Part shown: in pieces, positions 1 to 12,583 of the stretch | How the letters are laid out: each line of letters begins with the position of its first letter | How positions within the stretch are numbered: position 1 is the first letter of the stretch | NCBI GenBank assembly: GCA_021613535.1 | Contig: CP075492.1 | Location: 16,554,001-16,618,000, forward strand | Length of the DNA: 64,000 nucleotides | Source: Adineta vaga | Lineage: Eukaryota > Animalia > Rotifera | Reading direction: 5' to 3' | Notes under the pieces: model-generated | What the model was told of the DNA's origin: nothing | The model's input: only the letters and a program-made list of their open reading frames with translations | The model's database searches: none | Position numbers and translations under genes: made by a program

Positions 1-376
1 AATATAGATACGAAAACATACGTGACGATCGTTAATGTTTGATTTTTTTATACGAACGATAGAGAATATGTTTGCATGCTTTCAATTATACTATTGATGC
101 AGAATCAGTGAAGCGATAATTTTAGAAGCAATATAATGTTGAGAGTAATGATGAGAATGAAAAATCGATATATTATTTTACATTTAAATGACGTCGAACG
201 ATCTACCTTCAGAACAGTCTATTGATGTTGAGTTAAAAAATGATACGAATGGTATTACCACCAAACTCAATAAGGTTAAGTACGTATTATATATTTCATT
301 TTAATTCTGTTGTACGGCTGACTTTCTTAGGACAACTATTCTATCGTTTATATCGTGTTCAATCAATATAGGCTGT

Positions 377-3300
377 TTGTTTTCGATACTAACAAGCATC
401 AGCATTGTCATCGGTGTTCTAACAGTTTGTCTCACATCGCCAAAACCACTAGGTATGTCTTCAAATATGATTAAACTAAATCGACACTTCGAGTTTTATA
501 TATATCATATAGGTAGAGTATGTAAATTCGTCCTGAAATCAGAAGCTCTCAGTTCGATTAATGTTGATTCTCATCCACATTCGATTGCCGTCGGAGATTT
601 CAATAATGATGGTCTTCTTGATATGGTCGTTCCAAATTCGGGTACAAATTGTATTGGAGTATTTCTACGAGACAGCAATAATACATTCAAAGATCAAATG
701 ATATATTCAACAGGTATTCGCTCAATTCCATATTCAGTAGCTGTCGCAGATTTCAATCATGATCAACGACTGGATATTGCGGTGGCAAATTTTGGCACGA
801 ACAATGTGGGCATCTTTCTTAGCACCATCAATAGTACTTTTAGTTCTCAGACAATATTTTCCACTCGATCATCTCGTCCACGATATATTGCTACGAGTGA
901 TTTCAATAACGATACAATAATCGATATTGCTGTTGTCAATCATGGTACTAACGATATTGGCATTCTTCTAGGCGATGGTAATGGGAACTTTGTTAACTGG
1001 AAAACTTTCTCCACTGGATTTGATTCTCTTCCGTACTCGCTCGCTATTAGTGATGTCAATCATGATGGTCAACCTGATCTTGTCGTTGTTAATTTTGGTA
1101 CTAGAAATGTAGGTCTTTTCTTGGGTAATAGAGATGGATCATTTCAAAGTCAAATGATTATTGACATTGATCATAATTCTCAACCGTATTCAGTTACACT
1201 TGCCGATCTGAACCAAGATACTCACATTGACATTGTGGTTGTATCTTCCAATACGGACAAAATTATCGTTTTGCTAGGTTTTGGAACCGGATATTTCTTC
1301 TTATCGAATGAATATTCAACCGGTAATAATTCTTCACCTCGATCAGCAGTTATCAGTGATTTTGATAATGATACGAAAGTTGACATTGCAGTGATTACCT
1401 ATGGCAGTTCAAGTGTAATTCTATTCTTGGGACATGGAAATGGTATCTTCTCTGACGGAATGATTTATTATACTAGCATTGATTCTCAACCGTACGCAAT
1501 GACAAGTTGTGACTTCAACAATGACACTCAAATGGACATCTCTACCGTTAACTATGACTATAACTATGTTGATATTGTGCTAACTTATAGAAACTATAGT
1601 TTTTTAAATCAGATTACGTATGGAATCACTGGTATTAATCCTAATCCGAAATCCATCACTGTAATTGATTTGAATAATGATAATCGACTCGATGTCATCG
1701 TTGCAAACTATAATACTAGTGAGATGAGTGTATTTCTTGGTATCAATAATGGTACCTTTTCGATTCCGACCAGTTTTTCCACTGGAAGTGATACTGGACT
1801 ATGTGCCATTGTTTTGGGTGATTTTAATAATGACAAACTAATAGACATTGTCGTAGCCAATGATAAAACTAACAATATAGCTGTATTTCTTGGTTATGGC
1901 GATGGTAATTTTTCGGATGAACCAATTTCTTCGTATGATGGCAATATTCAACCATCGGCTATCGATGCCGGTGATCTGAATAAAGACGATCGACTTGATT
2001 TTGTCATTGTTAATCAGCAGTTTGGGTTTATACGTATATTCTTTGGTGATGGTGATGGTCAATTTTCGGAACAACCAATATATTTCGTTGATTCTAAAGC
2101 CGAACCAGTATGGGTCCGCATTGCTGATTTTAATAATGACAATTTTTCAGATATTGCTATCGTCAATCGAGTTGCTGGTACTGTAGGTCTATTTCTTGGT
2201 TCTAGCAATAATACTTTTGTGTATCGAACCGTATTTTCGGTTGGTACTGGTGCTGGACCGAATGCCGCTGCCATTGGTGATTTAAATGATGATGGTCGAA
2301 TGGACATCGTTGTTAACATTTATTATAATCGTGCTTTTGAAGTCCTTTTAGGTCAGGGTGATGGAACATTTGTCAGTAAAACGAGATATTCCATCGATAG
2401 TCTTGCTCGTCCATCTTGGTCGACAATTGCCGACTGGAACAATGATAATCAACTCGATATCATCGTTAGTAGTTGTGACACTAACAATATATTTGTGTTC
2501 TATGGATTCGGCGATGGAACTTTTCGTACTGGACGTACGTATTTCACTGGTAGTAATTCTTGTCCACTATCGAATGCTGCTGGTGATTTCAATAAAGATG
2601 AATTACTCGATATCGTCACTGCAAATACCAACAGTGGTACGATAGGCATTTTTCTTGGATTTGCTTATATGAATGGTATTCGTGAAGCGACATATTCTAC
2701 TGGTTCTGCTTCGCATCCACGAGCTATTGGTCTTGGTCATTTGACTAATAATGATGCACAATTAGATGTTGTTCTGGCCAATTACGGACTGAGTAATGTC
2801 GGAATTCTCGAAGGACATCCAGATGGAAGTTTTCCAATCCAGAAAATGTTTTCTACAGGCCCTCTATCTTTTCCTACTTCGATTGCCATTGATGACGTGA
2901 ACAATGATGGTCGACAAGATATTATCGTTGCTAATTCTGTTCGTGGAAATGTCGGAATACTCTATGGATATGGTAACGGAAGTTTTGCAAGTCAAAAGAT
3001 TTACTTCATTGAACGCTACTCATCACCACAATCTGTAATTACGGGTGACTTCAATAATGATTCGAGAGTAGATATTGGTGTCGTCTATTCGGGTAGTGGA
3101 AGTGTGTCAACAATGCTGAGATACGACACGGCAGTGTTTACAAAACAAAACGAATATTTCACTGGTCCACAATTCTATCCACACGCGGTGACCATTGGTG
3201 ATTTTAACGGTGATGGTTGGTCGGATTTTGTTACTGTCAACCGAGGTAATCAAAGTATTAGCATTTTTCTCGGACTGCCTAATGGAACATTCATCGGTCC

Positions 3301-4864
3301 AATAACGTATGCAGCTGGTCAAGGATCTCCATCATATGCACTTGTCGTTGGTCATTTCAACAATGACAACTATTTGGATATCATCGTTAGCCATTATTCA
3401 ATTAACACCATAAGTGTTTTTCTTGGCTATGGCAATGGAACATTCAGGAATCCACGCGTGATTAATATTTACATAGATCAACTTGCTGGCTCGTCATCGA
3501 ACTCGGAAATCTATGAATCTGAATCTTCTTCAGAACTAGTAGGCATGGCGATTGGTGATTTTAATAAAGATAATCAGACGGATATTGTTGTCGTTTATAG
3601 TGCAGCTAGTGGAATAGCCGTGTTTCTTGGAAACAATGACGGCACTTTTGACATTGGAACTGCCTATTTTACTGGTACTGCAGTAAATTCAATCTATGTT
3701 GCCGTAGGCGATTTTACCAATGATAGTCATTTAGATATTGTCGTTACGAATCTCGCAAGCTCCAACATAATTATCTTTCAGGGAAACGGTAATGGTACTT
3801 TTTTCCAGGCAGGCAACTATTCAACTGGTACTAAATCAGCTCCGCGACCAGTGGTTGCCGTGGATTTAGACAAAGATGGTTACATGGACATCGTAGTCGG
3901 CAATTCGGGTTCTGACAATATTTGTGTATTTTTTGGTTATGGCAATATTTCTTTTGCTCAACCAATGTTTTATCCGATTGACACGGGTTCTCTTTCATAC
4001 GGACTGGTCGTCAGAGATTTTAACAATGATGGTCAACTAGATATTGGCGTAGCTAGTTATGGTGCGAACAATATTGCTATTCTTCTCGGATTGGCTAATC
4101 GTATGTTTTTCAATCCAGTGACGTATTCAACGGGTGACTATTCTCAACCATCGTTTCTCGGCGTTGCGGATTTCAATAACGACAGTCGTTTAGATCTCGT
4201 CGTTACTAGTTCAGGAATTAGTAGTGCTACCATATTTTTCGGTTATGTTACTGAAGATTTTCTCATCACTCCAGCTTATTCAATTGGATCTGCTTTGCAA
4301 CTGACGTCGATCGCCGTGGGAGATTTCAATTCTGACACGCACTTAGATGTTGTTGTTACTGATAATGCTACAAATAATGTTATACTGGTGTTTGGTTCCA
4401 TTTACGGCACTTTTACGCGACATACAACCTACTCAACTGGTAATAATTCTCATCCATGCTCAGTAACTGTGGCTGATCTAAATAAAGATGATCGATTAGA
4501 CGTTATCGTAGCAAATTCTGGTACTAATAATGTTGGTGTTTTTCTTGCTAACGGCAGTGGCACATTTCGAAGTCCAACGATGTATTTTACTGGTCTTCGT
4601 TCTCAACCCTATTCAGTTGCTATTGGAGATTTCGATGACGATACTCGGCTAGATATTTCTGTTGCAAACTATGGTGCTAGCAGTGTGGGTATTTTTCTAG
4701 GTCATGGAAATGGAAGTTTTGCGGATCAGATTGTATTCTATAGTGGCTATGAATCACATCCTTTCGCCCTCATTGTCGGTGACGTTAACAATGACAATTT
4801 GACCGATATCGTTGTCACGAACAATGGATACGGTAATATAGATATTCTCATGAAAACATGCTAA
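377..4864 (+). CDS. Large FG-GAP/VCBS repeat beta-propeller protein, secreted or membrane-anchored; true start probably in a small upstream exon, likely in-frame intron 453-512
   Basis: About 30 repeats of GDFNNDxxLDIVV.N....i.vfLGxGdGtF; hydrophobic N-terminal segment; GTATGT...TAG 60-bp segment at 453-512. Confidence 0.88.
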   Translation: MFSILTSISIVIGVLTVCLTSPKPLGMSSNMIKLNRHFEFYIYHIGRVCKFVLKSEALSSINVDSHPHSIAVGDFNNDGLLDMVVPNSGTNCIGVFLRDSNNTFKDQMIYSTGIRSIPYSVAVADFNHDQRLDIAVANFGTNNVGIFLSTINSTFSSQTIFSTRSSRPRYIATSDFNNDTIIDIAVVNHGTNDIGILLGDGNGNFVNWKTFSTGFDSLPYSLAISDVNHDGQPDLVVVNFGTRNVGLFLGNRDGSFQSQMIIDIDHNSQPYSVTLADLNQDTHIDIVVVSSNTDKIIVLLGFGTGYFFLSNEYSTGNNSSPRSAVISDFDNDTKVDIAVITYGSSSVILFLGHGNGIFSDGMIYYTSIDSQPYAMTSCDFNNDTQMDISTVNYDYNYVDIVLTYRNYSFLNQITYGITGINPNPKSITVIDLNNDNRLDVIVANYNTSEMSVFLGINNGTFSIPTSFSTGSDTGLCAIVLGDFNNDKLIDIVVANDKTNNIAVFLGYGDGNFSDEPISSYDGNIQPSAIDAGDLNKDDRLDFVIVNQQFGFIRIFFGDGDGQFSEQPIYFVDSKAEPVWVRIADFNNDNFSDIAIVNRVAGTVGLFLGSSNNTFVYRTVFSVGTGAGPNAAAIGDLNDDGRMDIVVNIYYNRAFEVLLGQGDGTFVSKTRYSIDSLARPSWSTIADWNNDNQLDIIVSSCDTNNIFVFYGFGDGTFRTGRTYFTGSNSCPLSNAAGDFNKDELLDIVTANTNSGTIGIFLGFAYMNGIREATYSTGSASHPRAIGLGHLTNNDAQLDVVLANYGLSNVGILEGHPDGSFPIQKMFSTGPLSFPTSIAIDDVNNDGRQDIIVANSVRGNVGILYGYGNGSFASQKIYFIERYSSPQSVITGDFNNDSRVDIGVVYSGSGSVSTMLRYDTAVFTKQNEYFTGPQFYPHAVTIGDFNGDGWSDFVTVNRGNQSISIFLGLPNGTFIGPITYAAGQGSPSYALVVGHFNNDNYLDIIVSHYSINTISVFLGYGNGTFRNPRVINIYIDQLAGSSSNSEIYESESSSELVGMAIGDFNKDNQTDIVVVYSAASGIAVFLGNNDGTFDIGTAYFTGTAVNSIYVAVGDFTNDSHLDIVVTNLASSNIIIFQGNGNGTFFQAGNYSTGTKSAPRPVVAVDLDKDGYMDIVVGNSGSDNICVFFGYGNISFAQPMFYPIDTGSLSYGLVVRDFNNDGQLDIGVASYGANNIAILLGLANRMFFNPVTYSTGDYSQPSFLGVADFNNDSRLDLVVTSSGISSATIFFGYVTEDFLITPAYSIGSALQLTSIAVGDFNSDTHLDVVVTDNATNNVILVFGSIYGTFTRHTTYSTGNNSHPCSVTVADLNKDDRLDVIVANSGTNNVGVFLANGSGTFRSPTMYFTGLRSQPYSVAIGDFDDDTRLDISVANYGASSVGIFLGHGNGSFADQIVFYSGYESHPFALIVGDVNNDNLTDIVVTNNGYGNIDILMKTC

Positions 4865-4920
4865 AAGCATTTAATATATCAAAATAAATTAATTTTTTTT
4901 ATATAATGCTGCATCAACAA

Positions 4921-4964
4921 TTCGAGGGTGTGGGTGAAGAGAAGAGTATTACACACACCCTGAA
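4921..4964. repeat. Telomere-like hairpin element
   Basis: ttcgagggtgtgggtg-aagagaagagtatt-acacacaccctgaa; a degenerate second copy beginning catcttgaagg follows at 4971-5018. Confidence 0.85.
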
Positions 4965-5070
4965 CTATACCATCTTGAAGGCATGTGAGAGAAAGTAGCA
5001 TTCTCCTACACCCCAAACTTCATGTTTATTCTAAGTCATCTTCATTTTCAAGATTTCATTTTTTATTTTC

Positions 5071-6021
5071 TTAAACATCCACAAATTTATTTGCACAACG
5101 ACCTAGAGCAGCTATCCATGCTCGTTGTGTGTCACTGAATGGATTGTTTCGAACATAAAGTTCTCTGAGTTCATAAATATTAAAAATCTCGTGTGGTATG
5201 ATTGTTAAATTATTTGAGTCTAATTTGAGATGAAAAACTTTCGTTTGATTGACAGTAGCAGGTATGAATTCAATCTGATTGTTGCTAAAGTAAAACATAC
5301 CATTTCCTTCTGATCCTGATGCTGCAACTAATGTTTCAATACCATTGAGAGAAACAATAAGATTATTATTGGACAAATCCAATACCGATATACTATTTAA
5401 ATAGAGCGGCAGATGATCAATTAAACAATTTGCATCAAGAGAATCAAGAAATCGATTATGACTTACATCCACCGATGAAAGTGCATTTAACCGTTAGATA
5501 GTCATAGGAAGAGATCTAAGTCGATTTCCATTAAGCTTTAATGTTTGTAAATAAACCAATTGTTCAAAAGTTTCTGGTAATGTTTCAAGATGACAATAGC
5601 TTATTTCGAGTGTTGTTAATCTGTATACTTGTCCAATGGCTGATGGTAACGTTTGAAGACTATAACCACTCACAATGAATGTCATAAGATGAATTAAATT
5701 GAATAATTCCAGTGGAAGATTTAGAGAAATTGATATTATTCCTATGGATGAAATTTCGAGATGTGTAAGACTCGAATTGAGTAGACCAATCTCTGGTAGA
5801 ATGATAATATTATCGGAGATAATCACTAACTTTCGTAAGTTCTTGAGACAAAAGATAGAAAGTGGAATATTAGATTGATTGAAAAGATAAAGTTCAGTTA
5901 AAACTTGTGCCAATCCAAATTTTGCGGAAGTCGTATCATTAGACACATTAACCGGTTGAAAAGACACTGGAAAAGGAAAAGCTTCGAAAATTTCTTCTTC
6001 TGTTTTGAATATTGATAACAA
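5071..6021 (-). pseudogene. Leucine-rich repeat protein with in-frame stop
   Basis: LxxLxLxxNxL repeats; ORFs 5494-6021 and 5071-5472 are in the same frame, separated by one TAA (5494-5496) followed by RLNALSSV. Confidence 0.75.
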
Positions 6022-6168
6022 TCAAGAGTAAAATCTTTTAAAAATAAATTAAAAATCGTTCCATATATATATTTTTCTTTGATTAGAAGCAAATATTTCC
6101 GAACTTAATACAATCAAATAGACGAGCACAAATCTAATCTCTATGTATAATCAAATCACAATTATTTG

Positions 6169-6181
6169 CACCCTCAAGATG
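6169..6181. repeat. Isolated right terminus of the hairpin element family
   Basis: caccctcaagatg is the exact reverse complement of catcttgagggtg (10508-10520). Confidence 0.6.
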
Positions 6182-6993
6182 CTATTTCTCTACGAATAGT
6201 CAAAAAGAAAGTCTGTATTGATTTAGTAATAGATAACAAATATCCTACATTTTTTCTTTCTCTCAAAGATATCGTTTATAATGAAAAAACAAGAACAAAA
6301 TGAGGAAAGATGAAATACGAATGTATCGTGATACATTCGTTTGCGTAATGTGTTTATCAATATGATACAAATAAATTCTATTTTATCTTTTACTTATCAC
6401 ATGCGAAATGGTCTGATTATCCAAAAGTGAATCTCTTGAGATGCTAAAAATGTGTTGCACTTCAGTTTGTTCAAAAAGCAGTAAATTCAGGTATGGCGCC
6501 GCTTCAATGTGACATTCTGCAGCATCTATACAAGATCGGGTGAAACTTGATAGTCACTATATATACGTAGTTGTAGTCTCTGCTGATCTTTCTTCACTTA
6601 CACCCGCAAGATTCAAGCTTAAGCAATGATGATAAAGGGATAAAATTGAATGGAACCGATACACAAAATACTAATTTCTATGATTAATAGAAAAGAAACA
6701 TTAGAAAAGTATTTGAAATTTGGTTTGAGCATGATAAGAAGTCGCTGTGACGTTGCATAAAAATTTATTTCAGAATTGCACGGCACGTTTAAAGAGTATT
6801 ATAACTGAGAATTTAGTTAGAAATGTCCCGTTCGAGAGTTCTGCGATTCATAAAAACGAGTTTCACTTGTTTTCAGGGAGAGAAGCACTGTAAATAAAAC
6901 TGTAGCATAGAAGGGAGAGATTTTTGGACATGAAATAGAATATTTGGATTTTGCTTGATTAAAATATGATTGAGAATGAATGGTGTAAGCTTT

Positions 6994-8452
6994 CTATTCA
7001 TTTCGCATCTGCATCCACATGCAAATACAGACCAAGTTCCATACAATCCATCTAGCTACAAGTTTGATCGAAGCCGAGTCCATTGCCATTGTTGTTAATC
7101 GCACAAGAGCAGTCGAAGTCGACACTAAAAAAGTCAAAAAATCTTTTAAGTATCCAACGCTAGCCATACTAAAAGCAAAATGTATTTACACATTCGAGAC
7201 GTTGATGAAATATTTAATTGTATTGTATCTAAATATTAAAACAGTATAGTATAGATCGATAGTTTTTTTCAACTACTTGTCGGTAAGCCTTGTGCACTAG
7301 TAGATGAACTTCGAATTGTTGTCGTTAGAATTGTAGTTGTGGTTTGACCTAAACAGACGTTCGAAAATATCAGAGTAATTTTCGTATCTTATACTCACTA
7401 GCGTTTGTAACAAGCGAGAATTTTTGCACTCGAGAATTTTCCAAATCGCTAACATAAATCGATCCTGCACTATCAAATGCCAGACCTACTGGACCGTTAA
7501 GCTGATTTGATCCAATTCCAGAAGTTCCTGTGCAAGCAATAATACAATCACCTGAACTTGCACCTGGTGCATATCTCATGATCCGATGGTTGCCATTGTC
7601 AGCAATATACATGTTTCCATTGGCATCAAGAATAACCCATTTGGGATTGCAAAGTTGTGTGAAACTAGAGCCACAGACTCCAGTTCCAGCTACAGTAATA
7701 CCAGATGATGCCCCATTGAACCATTTTTGAATGCGATGATTCGAATAATCGGCAATATACAATGTTTTTTCATCATCAACAAATATTCCGAGTACACAGC
7801 TTAGTTGTGTTGGTGTAGCTCCACTTGTTCCATTTCCAGCTACTGTCACGGGAACTGAAGAGTTCGGTGCAAGACGCATTACTTTTTTATTGGGGCAATC
7901 GCTCAGATATACATTTTCGTATTTGTCAACAAACACAAAATAAACATAACCGATGTAGGATGAATTTAAAATGGTGATTGGATTTGTTGCATTTCTTGTC
8001 CATTTTTGTATTCGATAGTTGCTTGCATCCGCAACATAAATTGATGAATTAGTGACGAAAACACCACTTGGATAATTAAATTGAGAAGCATTTGAACCAC
8101 TTCCAGAGCCGATAGTACGTATATTATTGCTCTCATTAAATTGTATTTTGACGATTCGATTATTGCCAGCATCACCAATATAGAGTGTATCATCATCTGC
8201 AATAAATATACCTTCATTTTTATTAAGATAACCAATTGCTGATCCACTCATGCCCGTAGCTTGTCCAGCAACGGTTGTACCATCTCGAGTCCAATTTGCA
8301 GAAGATGATATGTTCACTAGTACTAAACATATATCGACTCATGTATTATCATATGATAATGAATAGAATTATTTATGATAATCGATTTTGAAAAACTCAC
8401 CTGAATGAACATCGCTTAGCGCCATCAACATTAAAAATATCCAAAACATCAT
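6994..8452 (-). CDS. Secreted/membrane NHL-repeat (6-bladed beta-propeller) protein, multi-exon
   Basis: Signal-peptide exon MMFWIFLMLMALSDVHS (8452-8401, GTGAG donor) splices in frame to NHL repeats (P.GifvD...lYiaD..NhRiqk); Ser/Thr-rich 3' exons; 3' end approximate. Confidence 0.8.
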
Positions 8453-8901
8453 TTCTGTCTGATATCTAAACTAATATCTTGGCCCAAGAACAATGAGAAG
8501 TTTCCTATGAAGTAAAGTGTCGACGACTGACAGAGATACTGAATGAAAAAATATGAATGTGATACTATTCTTTTTTTTATATATTAAAAAATGTTTCTCT
8601 CCGTAGAATAAGAGAGAGAGAGAGATTGAGAGAAAAATTCATTTCAGTGAGAATATCGAGCTAGGCAGATAGTGCTGGTGAAAGAGTTGAATTCTTTTCA
8701 GCATAGAAAAATTGATAAAGTATTTCAAAATTTGTTGAGACAGAAAGAAAGACAATTATGATATGAAAGTAATAAACTGAAAATGAGCTTGGTTTCCTGC
8801 ATTACTCCATAGAATAATTTCCGTTTGAAGACAATTATCATCAAAATACATAAATTTTTAATATCGATATAAAATAATAAAAAACAAACAAACTTTTTAT
8901 T

Positions 8902-8958
8902 TTCGAGGATGGGTGTGACTGGGTGATACTCTTCTCTTCACCCACACCCACCCATCCA
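8902..8958. repeat. Telomere-like hairpin element (inverted relative to 4921 copy)
   Basis: 8926-8949 is the exact 24-nt reverse complement of 4926-4949. Confidence 0.85.
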
Positions 8959-9152
8959 TGGTTTTTTATTGTACTAGATAATGTCATTCATTCTTACTTA
9001 TCAACTGTTTGTTTTATGACACATTTGTGTACTCTATTTAAAGAAAACGGAATATAAATATATTTTTCTTGTGTTATAAAATAAATAGAAGCACACCATT
9101 GATATAAACAAAAAGAAAGAAAGAATTAAAAAGCAAGGCCATCTTTTAGAAA

Positions 9153-10207
9153 ATGTTGAGCCGTATCTCAACTATCGAACTTATGTCAATCGAACTTTGG
9201 TTTGTTCTATTCGATTTTTTCAATTTACTCGAACTTCATCGTCTTTTTTATAGTCTTAATCGGAACATTAATGAATACCTTCGTGGTATATCTGGTTTAA
9301 AACTGTTTCTAAAATATGGTTCAGACTTGGAATATGTGAAGAATAATCAGAATGATTTCATTCGTTTCTTTAATACAAATGTTTGGTCATTGCATGTATC
9401 TCTCGTTGGATTTCCACTAACTTCTTTGAATCTTTTCCTCTTCTAATACATTTTACACAACTTCGAAGACTCAAGTATTATCAAGAAACTGGAAAACCTT
9501 TTATCTTAACGGATGAAACACTTGAAAAATTAAAACATTTGACAAATCTTCGTATAACAGTATTAAATAACGGTCAATATGTATTGGATTCCATCGTTAA
9601 CTTTTTATCTAATCATAACAATAACACTTCTTTGAAATATTTACTTATCGAAGGGAATATCGATGTGCCTGAAAAATCATCTGCAACTGTAGAAAACCAT
9701 CCTATACATTTGAAATATTTGTTTATTCATGGTGCGTCAATAGAAAGTCTCTGTTGGTTACTTCCAACTAATTCACAAATATTATCGTTACGAATCAATA
9801 CATTACATCGTCGTAGTTATAATCCACTAAAATTGAAAACAAATAAGATTGACGTTAATTATCTTCAAATCGATAATATCAACTATCACTATCCAGTCTT
9901 TGAAGAAATTCAAAATTTAATCGATAATTTGAGAAACTTGAAAAAACTGTATATTAACTGTGGAAATCATCAATCTTTAGTAAATGGAAATGAATGGGCA
10001 ATTTTATTGAATCAAAAAGGAATTGAAATATTTTCACTGAAATTTACAGCTTACAGAGAAGATTGGAGAGATGCAGCAATGTCATCTGAAAAAGCAAATA
10101 ATATAATATCTAATTTTCAAAATGATTTTTGGGTAATGGATAAGCATGCAGTGATCAAACATTCAAGAGATGAAACTGGTGTCTTTTCTTTTTCTGTCAA
10201 TTTTTGA
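9153..10207 (+). pseudogene. F-box-like/LRR-like protein with apparent frameshift near 9400-9440
   Basis: N-terminus IELMSIELWFVLFDFF...LFYSLNRNINEYL resembles rotifer F-box-like starts; continuation in overlapping ORF 9383-10207 with degenerate LxxLxI repeats. Confidence 0.55.
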
Positions 10208-10507
10208 ATGTCTGCTCAAAAATATAAAATAGAAGTGCGACTAAGAGAGAATCATGTATAATTATCTTTACCCATCGATATAATCTATTGATATTTTCTT
10301 TGATAAGTAGAATGCATCTATTAATATGAATCACGAAATAAATCCATACGATATTGTGTCTTGATATTTTCGGAAAAAACTCAAATATCAAAATAGAGAA
10401 TATCTTATGTGAAAAAGCATGTCTGAATTTTATTTTCAAAAATGAAGAATAAGAAATACTTACCGATCATAAATAAAAAGTAACACTCGTATTAAGAATT
10501 CGCTGAC

Positions 10508-10703
10508 CATCTTGAGGGTGGGTGTGGGTGAAGGTGTGAAGGCGAGAAGCTAAACAAGGGCGTGGATGGATGGGAACCCAGTTGAATTTAAAAGTTTCAG
10601 TTGAAATATTTCATATAGATAATCTCATTTAAAACTTGAAACGAAAAGTTGCAATTGAAGCGAGAATTTCCAATTGAATTCAAGTTTCAAGTTTGACACT
10701 ACT
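10508..10703. repeat. ~190-bp direct repeat, copy 1, starting with a telomere-like terminus
   Basis: catcttgagggtgggtgtgggtg...gtttgacactact; near-identical to 12582-12771. Confidence 0.9.
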
Positions 10704-10859
10704 GCTAATGCTTTATTATTTGTAATTTATTTACTTCATTTATTTTCGAATTCTATATAACATCCATTTAATTTACAAGACAATAAATAGACAACATATA
10801 TCAAAACTAAAAATGTCATGTAAAGTTTGATCTTCTCAGAGTTTGATTGATTAAAAGTA

Positions 10860-11840
10860 TTAAGCTAGTCGAGTAGAATGAACTGTCGGCAATACAACAT
10901 GATTGGCAGCAGTAGTTGAAACAGGCATAATCCTATTATAACCAAGCATTCCGATAAATAAGTGTCGAAGTGTTTTTCGAACTTCACTTGATATATATAC
11001 ATAAATATAAAATGTTCCAACAAAATTCACATGAAAAAAGAATCGAAGAGATGCCAAAATAAGAGCTTGTAAAGCTCTTATAAGATTACTTTTTTGTAAT
11101 GTTGCTGTTGCTTCAAGATAAGCTGATTCTAATGCGAAAGGAAATCCTGAAATAGCAAGAACAATTACTTGAGCAATTAACATTCGACGAATTTGTTTTT
11201 CAAATCGATCTTGTTGATTATTAAGCATCAAACCACGAAGATTTCCAACAATACCACGAAGACAAAATATGATCAAAAATATTGGGACCAGAAAGAAAAA
11301 TAATGGTACTGTGATGTAATTCACCATAATTCTTACATTATAATTTGTGATGGCACAACCATTATTTGTATTACTAACAATTAGAACTGGTAAATATAAG
11401 ATTAGCCAGAAAAGAATTGATCCACAAATTGCAAAACGAACTACTTTCATGTTATGCCAACGATTTCGAAAAAGTGCATGACGACTTGTACTTGCGTATT
11501 GATCAAAAGCAGCTAAACATGGAAAATAAATAGATGCGACTGTTGTTACATAAAGAAAATAATTAAATAATCGACAAATGATATCATGCAGATTAAATAA
11601 AAATATACCAAAACCTTGACCAAGAACAATTAATAAATAAACTGTTGGTAAATGGAATAAAGTCATAAAAGCACCAGCTAATAAATAAGTGATAGTTGGA
11701 TTATTCCAAAACGCTCGTTGTCGAATGAAGACAATTATAGTTAAGATTGCACCAATCATACCAAATATAATGATCGGTAATCCTAAAAGATAGTTTAACC
11801 ATTTAGTTACGGCGGGAAGCGTTACTTCGAGTGAGGACAT
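10860..11840 (-). CDS. Rhodopsin-like 7TM GPCR (intronless)
   Basis: Seven hydrophobic segments; CLAAFDQY (DRY-equivalent); FYIYVYISSEVRK at TM7/helix 8. Confidence 0.85.
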   Translation of the reverse strand: MSSLEVTLPAVTKWLNYLLGLPIIIFGMIGAILTIIVFIRQRAFWNNPTITYLLAGAFMTLFHLPTVYLLIVLGQGFGIFLFNLHDIICRLFNYFLYVTTVASIYFPCLAAFDQYASTSRHALFRNRWHNMKVVRFAICGSILFWLILYLPVLIVSNTNNGCAITNYNVRIMVNYITVPLFFFLVPIFLIIFCLRGIVGNLRGLMLNNQQDRFEKQIRRMLIAQVIVLAISGFPFALESAYLEATATLQKSNLIRALQALILASLRFFFHVNFVGTFYIYVYISSEVRKTLRHLFIGMLGYNRIMPVSTTAANHVVLPTVHSTRLA

Positions 11841-12014
11841 TTTTCAGCAAAGTGTTATTTGAAATCTTATTTTTAATTGTTTCAAAAGAACATTTCTTAA
11901 TCTTTTTTTATTCAAAAAAAAGTAACCAATAAAATAATACGAAGAAATTTCTATAAATCTTTTTCTTTAGAGATAAAGAACAAACAATCTTTAGACGTTC
12001 CTTTTAGAAATCTT

Positions 12015-12583
12015 ATAATCGCAACTACAACAACAAAATTTGTGAATATAATTGAACATTTCGTGAAAAAACATTGAATAGTTTGTGAGACTACACAGAA
12101 TTCTGCTCTTTCATCTTCTGGGATTAATCGTTAGAAAACATTAGTTCTAAATTACAAAGCTTTTCTTGTTAATATGAATTATGATTTCGCTTGTTCAAAT
12201 TTTTGCCCAGATTTATTAAACAAAGAAGCATGAATGCATAACTTTTTTATCTTCTCTCTCACTGTTCATTTGTTGCGGAGGCTAAGGATGACATATGATT
12301 TCTTTTCATCTGTTCATAATCGCAACTACAACAACAACAACATTTGTGAATATAATTGAAAATGTCGTGAAAAAACATTGAATAGTTTGTGTGACTACAC
12401 AGAATTCTGCTCTTTCATCTTCTGGGATTAATCGTTAGAAAACATTACTTCTAAATTACAAAGCTTTTCTTGTTAATATGAATTATGATTTCGCTTGTTT
12501 ACATTTTTGCTCAGATTTATTAAACAAAGAAGCATGAACGCATAACTTTTTTTATCTTATCTCTCACTGTTCAATTGTTGCGG
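12015..12583. repeat. Tandem duplication of ~265 bp (12015-12278, 12316-12583)
   Basis: Both copies run ataatcgcaactacaacaac...tgttgcgg. Confidence 0.9.

Noticed and set aside
6970-7024. Very degenerate hairpin-like sequence
   Set aside because: Overlaps the probable last NHL exon and the arms match poorly.
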